Source of the DNA: Pelomyxa schiedti
Taxonomy: Eukaryota > Protista > Evosea
Length of the DNA: 32,354 nucleotides
Direction of reading: 5' to 3'
NCBI GenBank assembly: GCA_020536535.1
Contig: JAHLWZ010000352.1
Location: 1 to 32,354, forward strand
The notes beneath the pieces are model-generated. The model searched no databases and was not told where the DNA came from. It saw only the letters and a list, made by a program, of their open reading frames with translations. A program made the translations under genes and the position numbers. Shown here piece by piece: positions 1 through 11,230 of this stretch; the stretch's first letter is position 1, and every line of letters starts with the position of its first letter.

Positions 1-451
1 CAACTGTAGCCATATCCATGGCACCATTATCCGTGGTCCTCCACACACACATCAGATAATAACGATTATCATCATGATTTTTGGACGCCAGCACAATCCA
101 CCTCTTGTTGCATGCAGCTGTTTCTGGGGAAACCGGATCAAAAGGGAGTCTCACCGGTTCCATGACTTGTTTGCCGCTGCCATCAACGATGGTCATTATT
201 TTTGGCGAATATCCTTTAATAGCGACAGCACTGTCCCCAATAATGAAAGCAGGGTGGTCTGACAGCCAATGGGATACTCGGCACGGCAGAATAATAAGCC
301 CCAGAGTGTGTGACAAACTGAACAGGACACAGTGGTCTGGTCTGTTGCCCCTGTCGAATGCGTCCACAAGGAAAGACACCAGAACCGCCCTATCTGTCCC
401 GAGCACCCACCTCTTCCCAATGCACTCGACAACGATCCACTCTGGCAGCAT
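1..451 (-). CDS. 5' portion of a protein-coding gene that continues beyond the window start; unknown product, possibly beta-propeller-like
   Basis: The minus-strand reading frame is open from an ATG at 451..449 through to position 1, more than 150 codons with no stop. The ATG is followed by MLPEWIVVECIGKRWVLGTDRAVLVSFLVDAFDRGNRPDHCVLFSLSHTLGLIILPCRVSHWLSDHPAFIIGDSAVAIKGYSPKIMTIVDGSGKQVMEPVRLPFDPVSPETAACNKRWIVLASKNHDDNRYYLMCVWRTTDNGAMDMATV. It runs off the window, which is probably why it is missing from the ORF track. It sits head-to-head with the Raptor gene, about 330 bp away. I recognise no family. Confidence 0.35.
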   Translation of the reverse strand, partial: MLPEWIVVECIGKRWVLGTDRAVLVSFLVDAFDRGNRPDHCVLFSLSHTLGLIILPCRVSHWLSDHPAFIIGDSAVAIKGYSPKIMTIVDGSGKQVMEPVRLPFDPVSPETAACNKRWIVLASKNHDDNRYYLMCVWRTTDNGAMDMATV

Positions 452-777
452 CGAGACGTAGCAAACTCCAGCGCGTCTGTCGGTGCCGGGAGTGCCCGTT
501 TTCCTGCGCACCCCGGGAACCACTTCTCTTCGCTCAGCTTCTTGCTGTGACACGAACCTGCGCTCTGTGACCTGGGACGAAGCCACAGCCAAGAACTGCG
601 AGCGGGCGAGAATCGGTTCCCCTGCGTGTTGTGCAGGCGAAAACTCCAGTGGCGAGCGCTCCATGATGGAAGTTGGCATCATTTATGGTTAATACCCACG
701 CACGCAACTTCGTGTTGTTTTTTGGGTTTTGATGAAAAATCCTGTTCGCCGAAAACCCCATTGTGAAAATAAAAAAA

Positions 778-3700
778 ATGGCCAACAACAGGTCCACGTT
801 CGGTGGCGGGTGGCAGGGGCAGCAACAACAACAAACGGCAAATGGCGCCACCACGGCCAACAACGCAAGCACCTCTTCTGCGGCGGCTACCACTACCAGC
901 AGCAGCACGCAGCAACACCCTCTGACACAACAGCCCCCTGCTGCCTCCGCCACCACCTCGTCGTCGTCGTCCATACAGCCTCCGCCCCCGCAGCACCCTC
1001 CGCCACGCCCTCCCCCTCCCTCGTTCTTCTCCACCTTCGGCTTTTCCTCGCCCTCGGCCGCGTCCGCGTCCACGGCCACCCCGGCCGCTGTGGATCGCAA
1101 CAACGGAGCCGCCGCCAGCAGCAGCACGGCGCAGCACGGGGTGACCGTCACGCCGCCGGCGCCCGCCGCGCCCGCCCCGGTGCCCGCGCCGTCCTCCGCG
1201 TCGTCCTACTCCACGTCGTCGTCGTCCCTCTCGTCGTCGCCGTCGTCGCTGGCGTCGCCCTTCTCCGCCTCGTCGTCGTCGCCGTCGTCGCTGGCCGTCG
1301 CCGCGCAGCCGTCGTCCTCGGTGTCGCCGTCGACGTCGCCCCACTCGCCGTCGTCGCCGCCCGCGTCGCCGCAGATGCGCGCGCTCGCGGCGCCCTCGTC
1401 CTCGTCCTCGTCGTCGTCGTCGCTGAGGCAGCAGCACTGCAACTACTTCACGGAGGAGAGGCACACGTCCGGGCTCATGACGTCACCGAGTTTCACTCTG
1501 GGCGTCGAGGAATTCCCGAAATGGAATTCCCTCAAAGATAAGGTTGGTTTTATTTGCTTCTTTAATATGTATCTATGCAGATTTGTTTGTTTTGTTTTGG
1601 GGTGCGTGTATATATCTATTAGTATCTGGGAAACTTAGATGCATGAATTGGCCATTGAGTATATATGGAAGATACAGCATGGATTTTTCCGCAATTGTTG
1701 GTTAACATACTCCCCCTTTGTTGGGGTTGGTGTAGTCTAGGACGGTATATGGAATTTTGAGTTTGTGCCTCAATATTGGAGTTGATCCTCCAGACGTTAT
1801 CAAACCGCATCCTTGTGCTACACTTGAATGCTGGATAGGTACGAGCTCAACTGTTCCAATCAAAAGTGACTCTAAAAAGATCCTGCCAAGTCAAAGTCCA
1901 GCAAATGTCTTGATCAAATTATGGCTGCTTTGAAGACCCAATATGAGAGTTGGGCAAAGGTCGAGTTCTTATATCAACCTCTTTTTATTTTTTACAGTCA
2001 TAGATACCGTACCAACTATGCCCCGATCCAATAACAGAAACCATACGTCAGCAGTGCACTGCACATCGGTTTTTCTAAGCCTTTTTTTTTTTTTTTTGCA
2101 AAAGAACCAACAATTTCTTACACAGGCGGAATTCCCGTGAAGAGCGAGTACTCTTCCACTATAATGGCCATGGTGTACCTCAGCCAACCAATAATGGTGA
2201 AGTTTGGGTGTTCAACAAGGTACTCCCCAATTATCTTGTAGTTCCTGTACTAATACATGACCTTACCAGGATTTTAGTCAATACATCCCATTGAGTGTAA
2301 GCAGCCTTATGTCTTGGGTGGGGACACCCAGCTTGTATGTATTTGACTGTAATGCCGCTGGATTAGTACTTCAGTGGTTTTTGAACTTTGCAGAACAACA
2401 CAGAGCGGAGGTTCTTTCCGTTCTACCTCTGCCTTGATTGCTCACCCATTTTTTAGAACCCAAGTGAGTCTGCAGACTTTCTTATTCTCGCTGCCTGTGG
2501 TGCAAAGCAACTGCTTCCTATGAGTCCAAATTATCCCGCGGATTTATTTACCAGTTGTTTAACTTCCCCATTACGTATGGCACTGCACTGGTATGTCGAA
2601 AACGTATCAGACCTGTTGATTGATTTTCTCTAGGTTTTGCAAAAGAAACGCCAAACGGAGTAAAGTTAACGAAGATCAAGTTGACAGTCTTCCAGGCACA
2701 CATCAAAATAAGCGAAGCCCCTTTGGTGAATTGAATTGGATCTTTACCACCATCACCGATACGATTGCCTGGAATGTTCTGCCAACAGGTATTGCGGCTT
2801 CCCTTTGTCCAAGTGGCAGACACACTTATCTTTCCATTAGAATTATTTCAAAAACTTTATCGGCAAGATCTTCTAGTTTCCAGCTTATTCCGAAATTTCC
2901 TTCTTGCTGAGAGAATAATGCGTTCCCTCAACTGCACTCCTATCACACACCCCAAATTACCTCCTACGTTCCAACACAGACTATGGTAAATTCATTCTTC
3001 GAGGTCCTTCATTAACATTTGGTAGGGATTCGTGGGATATGGTGGTGGAGTCAGTTCTGGCGCAATTGCCCCAACTAATAAAAGACCCAGCTGCCTGGGA
3101 GTCCTGTTACCAGGTTAGAGGAGATTGGTATTAAATAGTGTTACCCGCCTTACCTTTGGCAGAATAGCTCTTTCTTCTCTGAGCAACTCACGGTTTGTCT
3201 TCCTTTTGAGCACCCAACAAGCCATTTTACATCTATTCCAGGCCTTCGAACTAGCTATCGAATTTGGTTTTAGGACGAAAATTGTTATTGATCCATCAAT
3301 TCCTCCTCCACCAATTGCTCCTCCCGAACAACTGCCAATTGTTCTGCAGGTAATTCCTCACATACACGTTCGAGAAGATAATCCAGTACTAGGTCTTATT
3401 GAATCCAACTCACAGAGCGAGAGCACTTTCCTTGCTCAGCCGCTTTTTGGATCTCGGCTCTTTTGCGGTTTCACAAGTACTCCCCTTTTTCCTACCCATT
3501 ATCTTCCTTACAGTCCCAGGCCTTATCCGTGGGAATTTTCCCTTATGTTCTAAGGCTACTGCAAACATCAGTGTCGCCAGACTTACGTGACATACTTGTC
3601 TTCATTTGGGCGAAAATTCTTGCTTTTGATCCAGTAATGATAATCTTCTCTCCTAAATAACCCGTCTAACACGCACCCAAGAGCTGCCAAGCCGACTTAC

Positions 3701-6633
3701 TGAAAGATAGTGGTCACAAATTCTTCCTTGGAGTACTTGGAAATCCATCAGTTCCATCACTGCAGCGTGTGATGAGTGCGTTTATATTGAGTGTTATAGG
3801 TAATTATTTTCCTATGCAATGAAGATATGGTATTTACACCATCAAGTGGATTCAAGTCCAAATGGTCAATTAGCATGTCTTCAAGGGAACATCCTTCCTC
3901 TTCTTATGTCCCTCATTTCTGATCCGGACCCACTGCTGAGAAGATGGGCAGCCCTCTGCCTTGGGAAGCTCTGGCACGTGAGTTTCCTCTCAGCCTTTTA
4001 TTGTTCCCTAAGAAAGAGTAGGGATGTGAGGAAGCAAAATCTCTTGCCTTAGCCAAATTTTCTGCATCGGAAAGGCTTGCTGCGATGACTTCGGATCACG
4101 TTCCTGAAGTACCACCAAATAACTATTACACCGTAACTCAGGTTTTACAGGTACGAGCTGCAGCTGTGTTTGCATTGGGAAATTTCTTCGGTACAACAGT
4201 CTTGGCGTCCGAATCACGTTCTAATTCTGAGCTGTCCATCGCCCTTGCAATTGGAAGTGTGGTAACGGATGGCAGCCCATTAGTAAGGAGGGAAGCCGTT
4301 GTCTCTCTGAGCAGATATATTGCCGAGTGTACTCATCAATTTTTGGCTGTTGCAAGTGAAGAGTTGGTAACTGACCACCATACCGTTGGAGACCTGACCT
4401 GTTACAGTCGGAATCACAAAATATTTCTAACAAACGAAAACCTGACGGCACGTCTACACCTTCCGAGAAGCGAGTACCCCAGGGTTCCCCTCTAAGCTGC
4501 ATTTGGAAGGTATGAACCATTATATTCCGTTTACATGTAATTGCAGTTTATTACTGACTTGGAAGTTGATCCATCAATTGCAGTTGCGTCACAAGCAAAT
4601 CTCATTGTTGACAGAATAAAGCAATATATCGGTACTACAAAGATGTGAGGCAACCCTAATGCCGTGTTACAGATAATACCGAAAAATCAAAAAGGAGCTT
4701 GTCTTCTTTCCCGCGACACCAACAACCCCCTGTTGCCGCGTCTCCTGTGGTACCTTGTTTTTTTTTTTCTTTGGTAAAAACCTAACCTTTCGAAGGATAA
4801 GCGGAACCTTTCGATGAGTAGGATCAGTACTCATTTGATACCATATTCTCACATTTCACACAGAAACGCCTTCAGCCGATATGGATTTGTCCTCACAGAT
4901 TCGTGTTCAGTCTCCCTTCTACAAATGGTGTTGTAACTACTTTGCCAAACCCCTTCTTCATCTCAATGAGAAAGATACTGTAAGCCACTTGCAATTCTTT
5001 ACACAGAGCTTTCTCCCACTCCACAAAAAAAAAGACTTCCGTGGAGGCAAGAATGACAGAAAAGCGGAAGGTTCATAATGCCGGTATAGTTAGAGAAGCG
5101 AGCGAGTTGTGGAATTCAGTGGGAGTGGAGAAGGACAAGAAGAAATTGCAGTCCGAATTAGCCATTCTGAATCAGATAACGGTATGCAAACATTGTTCTG
5201 TGCCAACAACTCACACTTTATCAGGTTCCAGCAGTGTCTCTTCTGTTCCATCCGTTTTTGGATATTATTATTGTCGCTGATGAACAGTCACAAATAAGGT
5301 TCGGTTTGTGAGACCACCATTGTCAACAATTGAGCTTCGTTAGTACATTTGATATCACATCCCAAGCACAATCTGACAGCGAGTTGATGCTTATGGGGTT
5401 CAGGGGAGGCAATTCCGTTACTGGAAGTGCACCATCAAATACAGCAGGAAGACCAAGAAGCTGTTTTGCCAATATGAATCCTATAGGATCACGAATTACA
5501 ACAATGAGCCTTGTAAACGAACAAGACGATGATATGCTGATAGTTGGGTCAGGTACCCCCTCAACAAAGTTTCTTTTCTAAATTACATAAAATCAAATGT
5601 TAGAGGATGGAGTTGTAAGAGTGTGGAAAAACTACCGAGAGGAAAAACCAGTTGTGGTCTCAGCATGGCGAGCTCTACCAAAATTCTCCCAGACACAAAG
5701 TGTGGGACTATTGTTTGACTGGTTGGACCAAGGGCTATTGGTTTTCCATCTTCGATCATTTCCTGATAATGACTTATCTTAGCTCGCCGCTGGTGTATCT
5801 GCTGTGGCAAGGGTATGGGATATTACCAAGGAGCTCCCTGTTCTAGAAATTCCAACTGAGTCAAAGCATGCGGTGACTGCTGTGGTGAGTAGTTACTTGT
5901 GTCCTCCTCTTTCTAAGTCTTTCCAGTCTTGTGACAAGAATGGGGGCAAAACATATGCCATTGGATGTGGCGATGGTATAGTTCGGTATTTTGATATCCG
6001 GACGGGCGCAAAAAAAAGGAAAGTACTACTTTGCAAGCTTATTTTACTGAACGCAAAACAGTATATTCACCTTGATGGAGCACAAGAGTTGGATTGCCAA
6101 TGTTGGCCTTCCATGTTCCACTCAGGTACACTTCCCTTCATGTAGCCTGCTCTTAAATATACCTCAGATTTATACCGCATCCGGCATTACAGAAACTGTC
6201 AAACCGGAAATAAAAATTTGGGATTTGTCTAACACATCTAGACCGTGCCGCTCCATTCCACAACCTGATCTGACAACATTCGCTGTGTGTAATGTATTCT
6301 TTGGCTGCGCCTAACAACATACCAGTATCATCCCAGAGCTCCGCTGTTTGCCAGGTTTAACTGCAAATTGCTTCGCTCTCTTCCCTTACTGTAATTACAG
6401 TGGTTCTTCTGACATGGTGAAAGTTTTCAACAGCCGGGGTGATGAAATTAACCAAATACGGTACCACGTGGGATTCTTGGGCCAAAGGATATCGCAAATA
6501 ACTTGCCTCGCGTTTCATCCGTGTGCCCCTTTCCCTTCCGGTTCTTACTGGAGTAACTAAACAACCTAGGTATAAGGTGTGGTTAGCCGGTGGATTTGCG
6601 GACCGATTGGTGTCTGTATGGCATGCTCAATGA
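778..6633 (+). CDS. RPTOR: Raptor / KOG1 (regulatory-associated protein of mTOR), 33 exons
   Basis: Hand-spliced translation is colinear with Raptor over its whole length. RNC/caspase-like region: [103 protein letters not shown] region: [57 protein letters not shown]-terminal WD40 region: [52 protein letters not shown] at 778 (the ORF track starts at a GTG at 763), TGA at 6631-6633. Exons, all GT-AG and phase-consistent: 778-1542, 1736-1838, 1880-1959, 2004-2068, 2126-2219, 2270-2410, 2457-2590, 2634-2788, 2841-2985, 3026-3113, 3163-3192, 3242-3349, 3393-3476, 3514-3633, 3682-3799, 3847-3977, 4031-4108, 4151-4366, 4408-4509, 4547-4631, 4673-4749, 4796-4817, 4864-4979, 5035-5181, 5225-5298, 5335-5552, 5604-5740, 5783-5884, 5918-6125, 6193-6284, 6326-6354, 6401-6520, 6570-6633. 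Exons 21-22 (4673-4817) and the 33-nt intron 5885-5917 are the least certain. Confidence 0.9.
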
Positions 6634-6926
6634 TATTCACTAATATGTTCTTCTGCACATTTTGATGTCAATATATCCTTCCCTTCCTTTATTCAAATCT
6701 CAAAAGAACCATTCTCCCAGCCACAATAGGAACAAGAGACCTCCATAGTAAAGGGAAGAATGGACCCTCTTACTTGTTGGGGGAAATTCCTTTGTTTCAC
6801 TAAGAAGAACAAAGGCGCAGTTTGTTTGTCAGAAGAAAAAATCTATCTCTAACAACTTTCTTTTTTCTATTCTTTGGAAACCAAAACAAAAAAAACGAAC
6901 TGAAAAAGTCACAAACAAGTAGTCAC

Positions 6927-9649
6927 TTAAGACGATGCACCACCAAGCAGGCCGCTTGCAGTGTTGAACAAGTTGATGGGTGAGTTGCCGTCGGTGATCA
7001 TGACGCTCTTGAGGCCAAGGCCGGCCAGAAGCTTGGTCTGCATCTCGGGGCCGGCCTGTGCAATGGCCTTGATGGTATCAGGTCCAATGCTGGCGACAAT
7101 GTCGCGGAACTTCTTGGCCTCAATTTGTGATAGTTCTCGGGCCTTGCTGATTTCGAGCTCGTTGAGGGCCTTCTGGTAGAAGACTTCCTGCTCTTGCTTG
7201 GCGGCGAGGTTCTCCATTTCGGCCTCGGCCTGATTGTTATGTTAGAATCACCGGTTTGCGGTGGAAGAAAGAAGGGAAATGTACCTTGATCTTGTTGGCC
7301 TCAGCCTTGAGTTCGGCTTGCCTGACTGATGCCTCTCCCTCAATTTGGGCAGCCTCTGCCTTAGCTCGGGCCTCTGCAGTTGCCTGACCAGTGGACTCGA
7401 CTGCAGCGCTTCCGGCTTGCAATTGGAGCAAGTTCTTGCGGGCCTTCTCAGCCTCGGCCTCATCATTGATCTTCTGCCTCTCAAGGCGGCCCTTAGCCTC
7501 TTGTTCCAAGCGCTCAGCCTCGTGGCGGGCAGTTGCCTCCTGGGACTTGGTTGTGATCTCAATGGCGAGCTGGACTGACTTCTGGAGTGAGTCTCGTGTT
7601 CTCTGGTCAACTGGCTCGACGCTCTGAATATCTACGTTGGTGATGGCGAGTTTGTTTGCCTTGAAGACGAAAGCGGTCTTGTCACTGCCTCCGAAGACGC
7701 TGTCGCGGATGATCTTGGCACTGTTGCGGTGGAAGTGGTCGAATGAAACGCTGGCAACTGCACCACGGACTCGGGCAGCAATAGCCTTGCAAGAGTCACC
7801 AACAAAGTCTGGGACTTGGAAGATGTTTGCAGAGTCAGCATCCTCCTTGCGGACATCGAATTGCCAGTTGTAGCTCAGCTTGAGGGACAAGCGGGCGTGG
7901 TCACCAGTCTCTACAATGACAATATCTGTCATGAAGTCGGGACCCAAGAGCATGGCAAGGGACTTGATGACGTGTGGGCGCTTGGGCTTATCACCAGAGA
8001 GGGAAAGGACGGTGAAGTGCTCATCGGGTCCGAGAATGACCAATTCTGGTCCAAAAACGACCCTGCTCCTCTTCTCCTTATAGTCATACACTTGCACAGC
8101 TGAGTTGTGGGGTGCGCGGTAGGTGACAACGCGAGTCTTGTCGCGGGGTGTCGAGTCAACTACGCTTCCGTCAGCAATGCGTACATCCTTCTTGAGAAGT
8201 TCCTCAACAATTGGTGGGAGCTCCTTGGCCCATGGCTCCTCATTTGGCTTGAGCATGTAGGAGGTGCCAATGTGAGCGCGGACTTTACCGGTCTTAATGT
8301 CCCTGACGTAGATACCCTCGTTCTCATCAAGAGGAATAGCGCGGCGCTTCTCAACAACTTCAACCTGGACTGGTGGGATGAAGTCGGTTGGTCCGTGAAC
8401 CATCCAGCGGTCTCCAGGAGCGTGAACCTCCTTGCCCTCGGTGAACTCCTCCTTGGCTCGGAGAAGAAGGGCCTCATCGGCAGCAAGAACGTAGACGTTC
8501 TGGACTCCACTCTCGAGTCTCTCCCCTGGCTTGAGGAAGAAGAAGATCTCTCCCTTTCTGAGTTCCTTCTTGCCGAGCTGTGGGCGTCCGTGAACGTCAT
8601 GTGGGTCCATGACTGTGCAGTACTGCCTGTTGGTAAGAGTGGTGATCTTGACCTCTCCAACGACTTGCTCGTAGACATCGGGAACATAGACCTCAGTCAT
8701 GTCGCAGGTAACCAGCCATTCCTCACCAGCCTTGCGCTCGTTCTTGAAGGCATCAACGAAGGTTCGGGTGGCGCGGAGGTGAAGAGCCTTGATGGGTGTG
8801 AGGGTGAAGCCCTGGACTGTCTCGACGACTTCCTCGTCAACTCCGGGGAGGTAGGATCCAACACTTCGGACCATCCACTCCTCACCGGCGCGCTTGACAA
8901 CACCGCTGCGTGCGGTGGTCTCCTTGCGGGCACGGAGCTTGAGACCCTGATTTGGCTTGATAACAACGGCGCGAACAATCTCAACTACTTGAACCTCAAC
9001 CCTAAAGAACAAAGGATTAGAATTGCCGGAAATTTGATGTCGTAGACAAATAGCGGGAAGTTACCTTGGGTAGTAGGTGCCTGGGCCCTCAAAGAGCCAC
9101 TCATCACCAGCGCGGTGGCGCTCAACTGTCTGTTCCTTGGGTACCTCAAAATCGCGGGTGGCGCGGAGGCGGAGAGCAGCATTGGGAGCAACAACCTGAA
9201 GGGGTGACACCTTGCCGAAGAGCTTCTCACCAGGGTAGAGTGGGAATGGGTCCTGCTCGAATCGGATTTCCTCATCACCGTGGCGGAGCTTGACACTGCC
9301 GTGATTATCAAGGAGGGGAATTTGGCGCTCGTCTCTCTCAACGGGGTTGCTGATGATGCAGTAGTGTCGAGGGGGGACCATGATCATGGGCTCGGGTCCG
9401 GCAACAAGCTTCTCATGGTCCTGGCGTGTGAAGGTCTGTGGACCAATCTCTGTTCGGGTGACGTTCTTGTTGTTATCAAGAATGTGGATGTAGTGGTATC
9501 TGGTAAAGAAGGGTATGGTCGGTAAACGACGAATATTAAGTTTATCTTGTTTGTAAATAAAACGGTTGTTTTGTGTTGCGCGGTGAAGTAAAAAAAAAAA
9601 AAGACGGTAACACATACGGCTTGATTCGAATGACTGGTTCAGAAGACAT
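6927..9649 (-). CDS. MVP: Major vault protein, 4 exons
   Basis: Minus-strand translation matches MVP end to end. N-terminus [11 protein letters not shown]|YHYIHILD (human [20 protein letters not shown]). Vault repeats [40 protein letters not shown]. Shoulder and cap-helix: [109 protein letters not shown]-terminus [57 protein letters not shown]. Exons in plus coordinates, gene on minus: 9618-9649 (ATG at 9649..9647, in-frame TGA just upstream), 9065-9499, 7285-9001 (a single 1717-nt exon), 6927-7229 (TAA at 6929..6927). Introns: 9500-9617, 9002-9064, 7230-7284. Confidence 0.9.
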
Positions 9650-10834
9650 TTTTCAGTATCTGCTGATGGGGTCAGGCCGATGTAACTACAAAACAACCAA
9701 CAACAAAAAAAAATCATAAAGGCCGAAGCAAAGCGCGGGTGGGGGAACCAATAGGCGGGTGTTGGTAAAAGGCGACAAAACACGACAACAAGCGACACCG
9801 GTGAAACGTCACTGTCGCTTACCCTTTTTTGTTTGTGTTAAGTTACTCTGTTGGTTGACTTTTTCTTGTTTTTTTTTAAAAAATGTTTGGTTCGGGGCTT
9901 AAAATTTATATTTTTACTCCGCACAGCGGTTGAAAAGGAAGAAAAAAAAAGGAAAAAAAATAGAAAAAACTTTTTTGGTTTCGGAAAGGGTGTCCGTTAA
10001 TTCTGTTTCGGTATTGCCCTCTTTCGCAGTTGCTAATGCTCCTGAGACTGACAGATCCCTCCCTCCAGCCCACCCGTGTCCCTCCTTCATCCTCCCCACG
10101 CCAAGCATCATTTCCGATCTCACGTCGAACCTTAAGATCTGCAACCAATATCTTTCCGCCCACACGAAAAAAACAAAGCGAGGTGATACGCACGTATGTT
10201 TGATAATAGTGCCGAAAGTACGGATGCGGATCTCAAGAGTCGAGCTAAGAAGAGTGTTGTTTCTTCTTCTTCTTTGAGGGAGTGATTTTGGGCTGCCACG
10301 TCGGCTTGCAGTTCTAACCGCCAGTTCGATTTTTCTTTTTTTTTTTTTCCCTCTCTATGTGCAGTGTGGATATTAGGGTTCTTTTTGTTGCCTGGAGTGT
10401 GGTTCATTATGCCGTGTTACTTCCTCAAGTTCTGGAAGCGTTCATCTCGGGAAATGGAACATGTTCGTTGGTGTAAGTACCTTCACCATACCGTGACTAT
10501 TCAATACAATGATAATGCACTATACATACATTTCCTCACCATACTGCGTAAAACCCAAACAAACGGAACTGAATTGTCAATCTCTCTCTCTCACCACTTT
10601 CCTTCTCTTGCCACACACTCTCCTCTACTCCCGCTATTGTCGTGACTTTAATAGAAATAGAAATAGTTATATAGTGCGGGCAACAGAACGCCACTTACAA
10701 ACTGCAATTTATGTGTGGGCGCCTCACATATAACTAATTCTTATTTAGATAAGTAGTACCTTTTTCCTAACCCTCCACATACAACTACAGATGTCATTGC
10801 GGGGTGTATCGGTGGTGTCATATATTCCGCTCTG

Positions 10835-11060
10835 ATACTTACCTGGATGACAATTTATCTGGTCAAATGGCAGGACTGGGGTGCCCTTGGTGACACCCTC
10901 AATGTAATCACCTACCAGGGCTAGTAGATATAAGTTACAAGATACCAGATACGAGATCTTCCACAACGCACCTCCAGTCCTCAAAACCTTCGCCGGTGTC
11001 TCGCTGCGGACGTGACACCTTGCCAGGGCAACTAATTAGTTGTTGACATGTTGTATCTCG
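10835..11060 (+). ncRNA. U1 small nuclear RNA-like gene (divergent); 3' end uncertain
   Basis: Exact ATACTTACCTGG at 10835-10846 equals the universally conserved U1 snRNA 5' end, the 5' splice-site recognition sequence. Downstream there is a stem-loop-II-like CUUCCACAACGCACCUCCAG (compare human UUAUCCAUUGCACUCCGG, the U1A-binding loop) and an Sm-site-like AAUUAGUUG near 11034. No plus-strand ORF. A TATATAT element sits about 15 nt upstream. The Sm B gene lies immediately downstream. Confidence 0.4.
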
Positions 11061-11230
11061 TTGATTTTAAATTTTCTTCGCGAAGCAACTGTAAATCAAC
11101 GGACTAATTTTGGAAAGCCTTCGAACCAAAGAAGAAAAAAAAACCAAGGGGGAAGACGCGGCAACAGCGACACCTCCCAGATCTACGACACACTTAGACT
11201 TAGTTGCATTACTGTTGTTACAATCGACCC

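Noticed and set aside
679-1464. Long minus-strand ORFs (679-1464, 534-1151, 1206-1442) rich in Arg/Gly/Asp
   Set aside because: They are antisense to Raptor exon 1, whose (TCG)n, (GCC)n and (CAG)n-like codon repeats give open frames on both strands. The plus-strand frame joins colinearly to conserved Raptor exons. The antisense frames encode only poly-Arg/Gly/Asp and have no partner exons.
9906-10733. ORFs of 74-115 codons in the MVP upstream region (9906-10193, 9930-10277, 10132-10407, 10364-10645, 10509-10733)
   Set aside because: They overlap one another on both strands in AT-rich, homopolymer-rich sequence (A and T runs), have no recognisable motifs, and have no consistent splice continuation. 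They are most likely promoter and 5' UTR sequence of MVP. I cannot exclude a small non-coding gene here.
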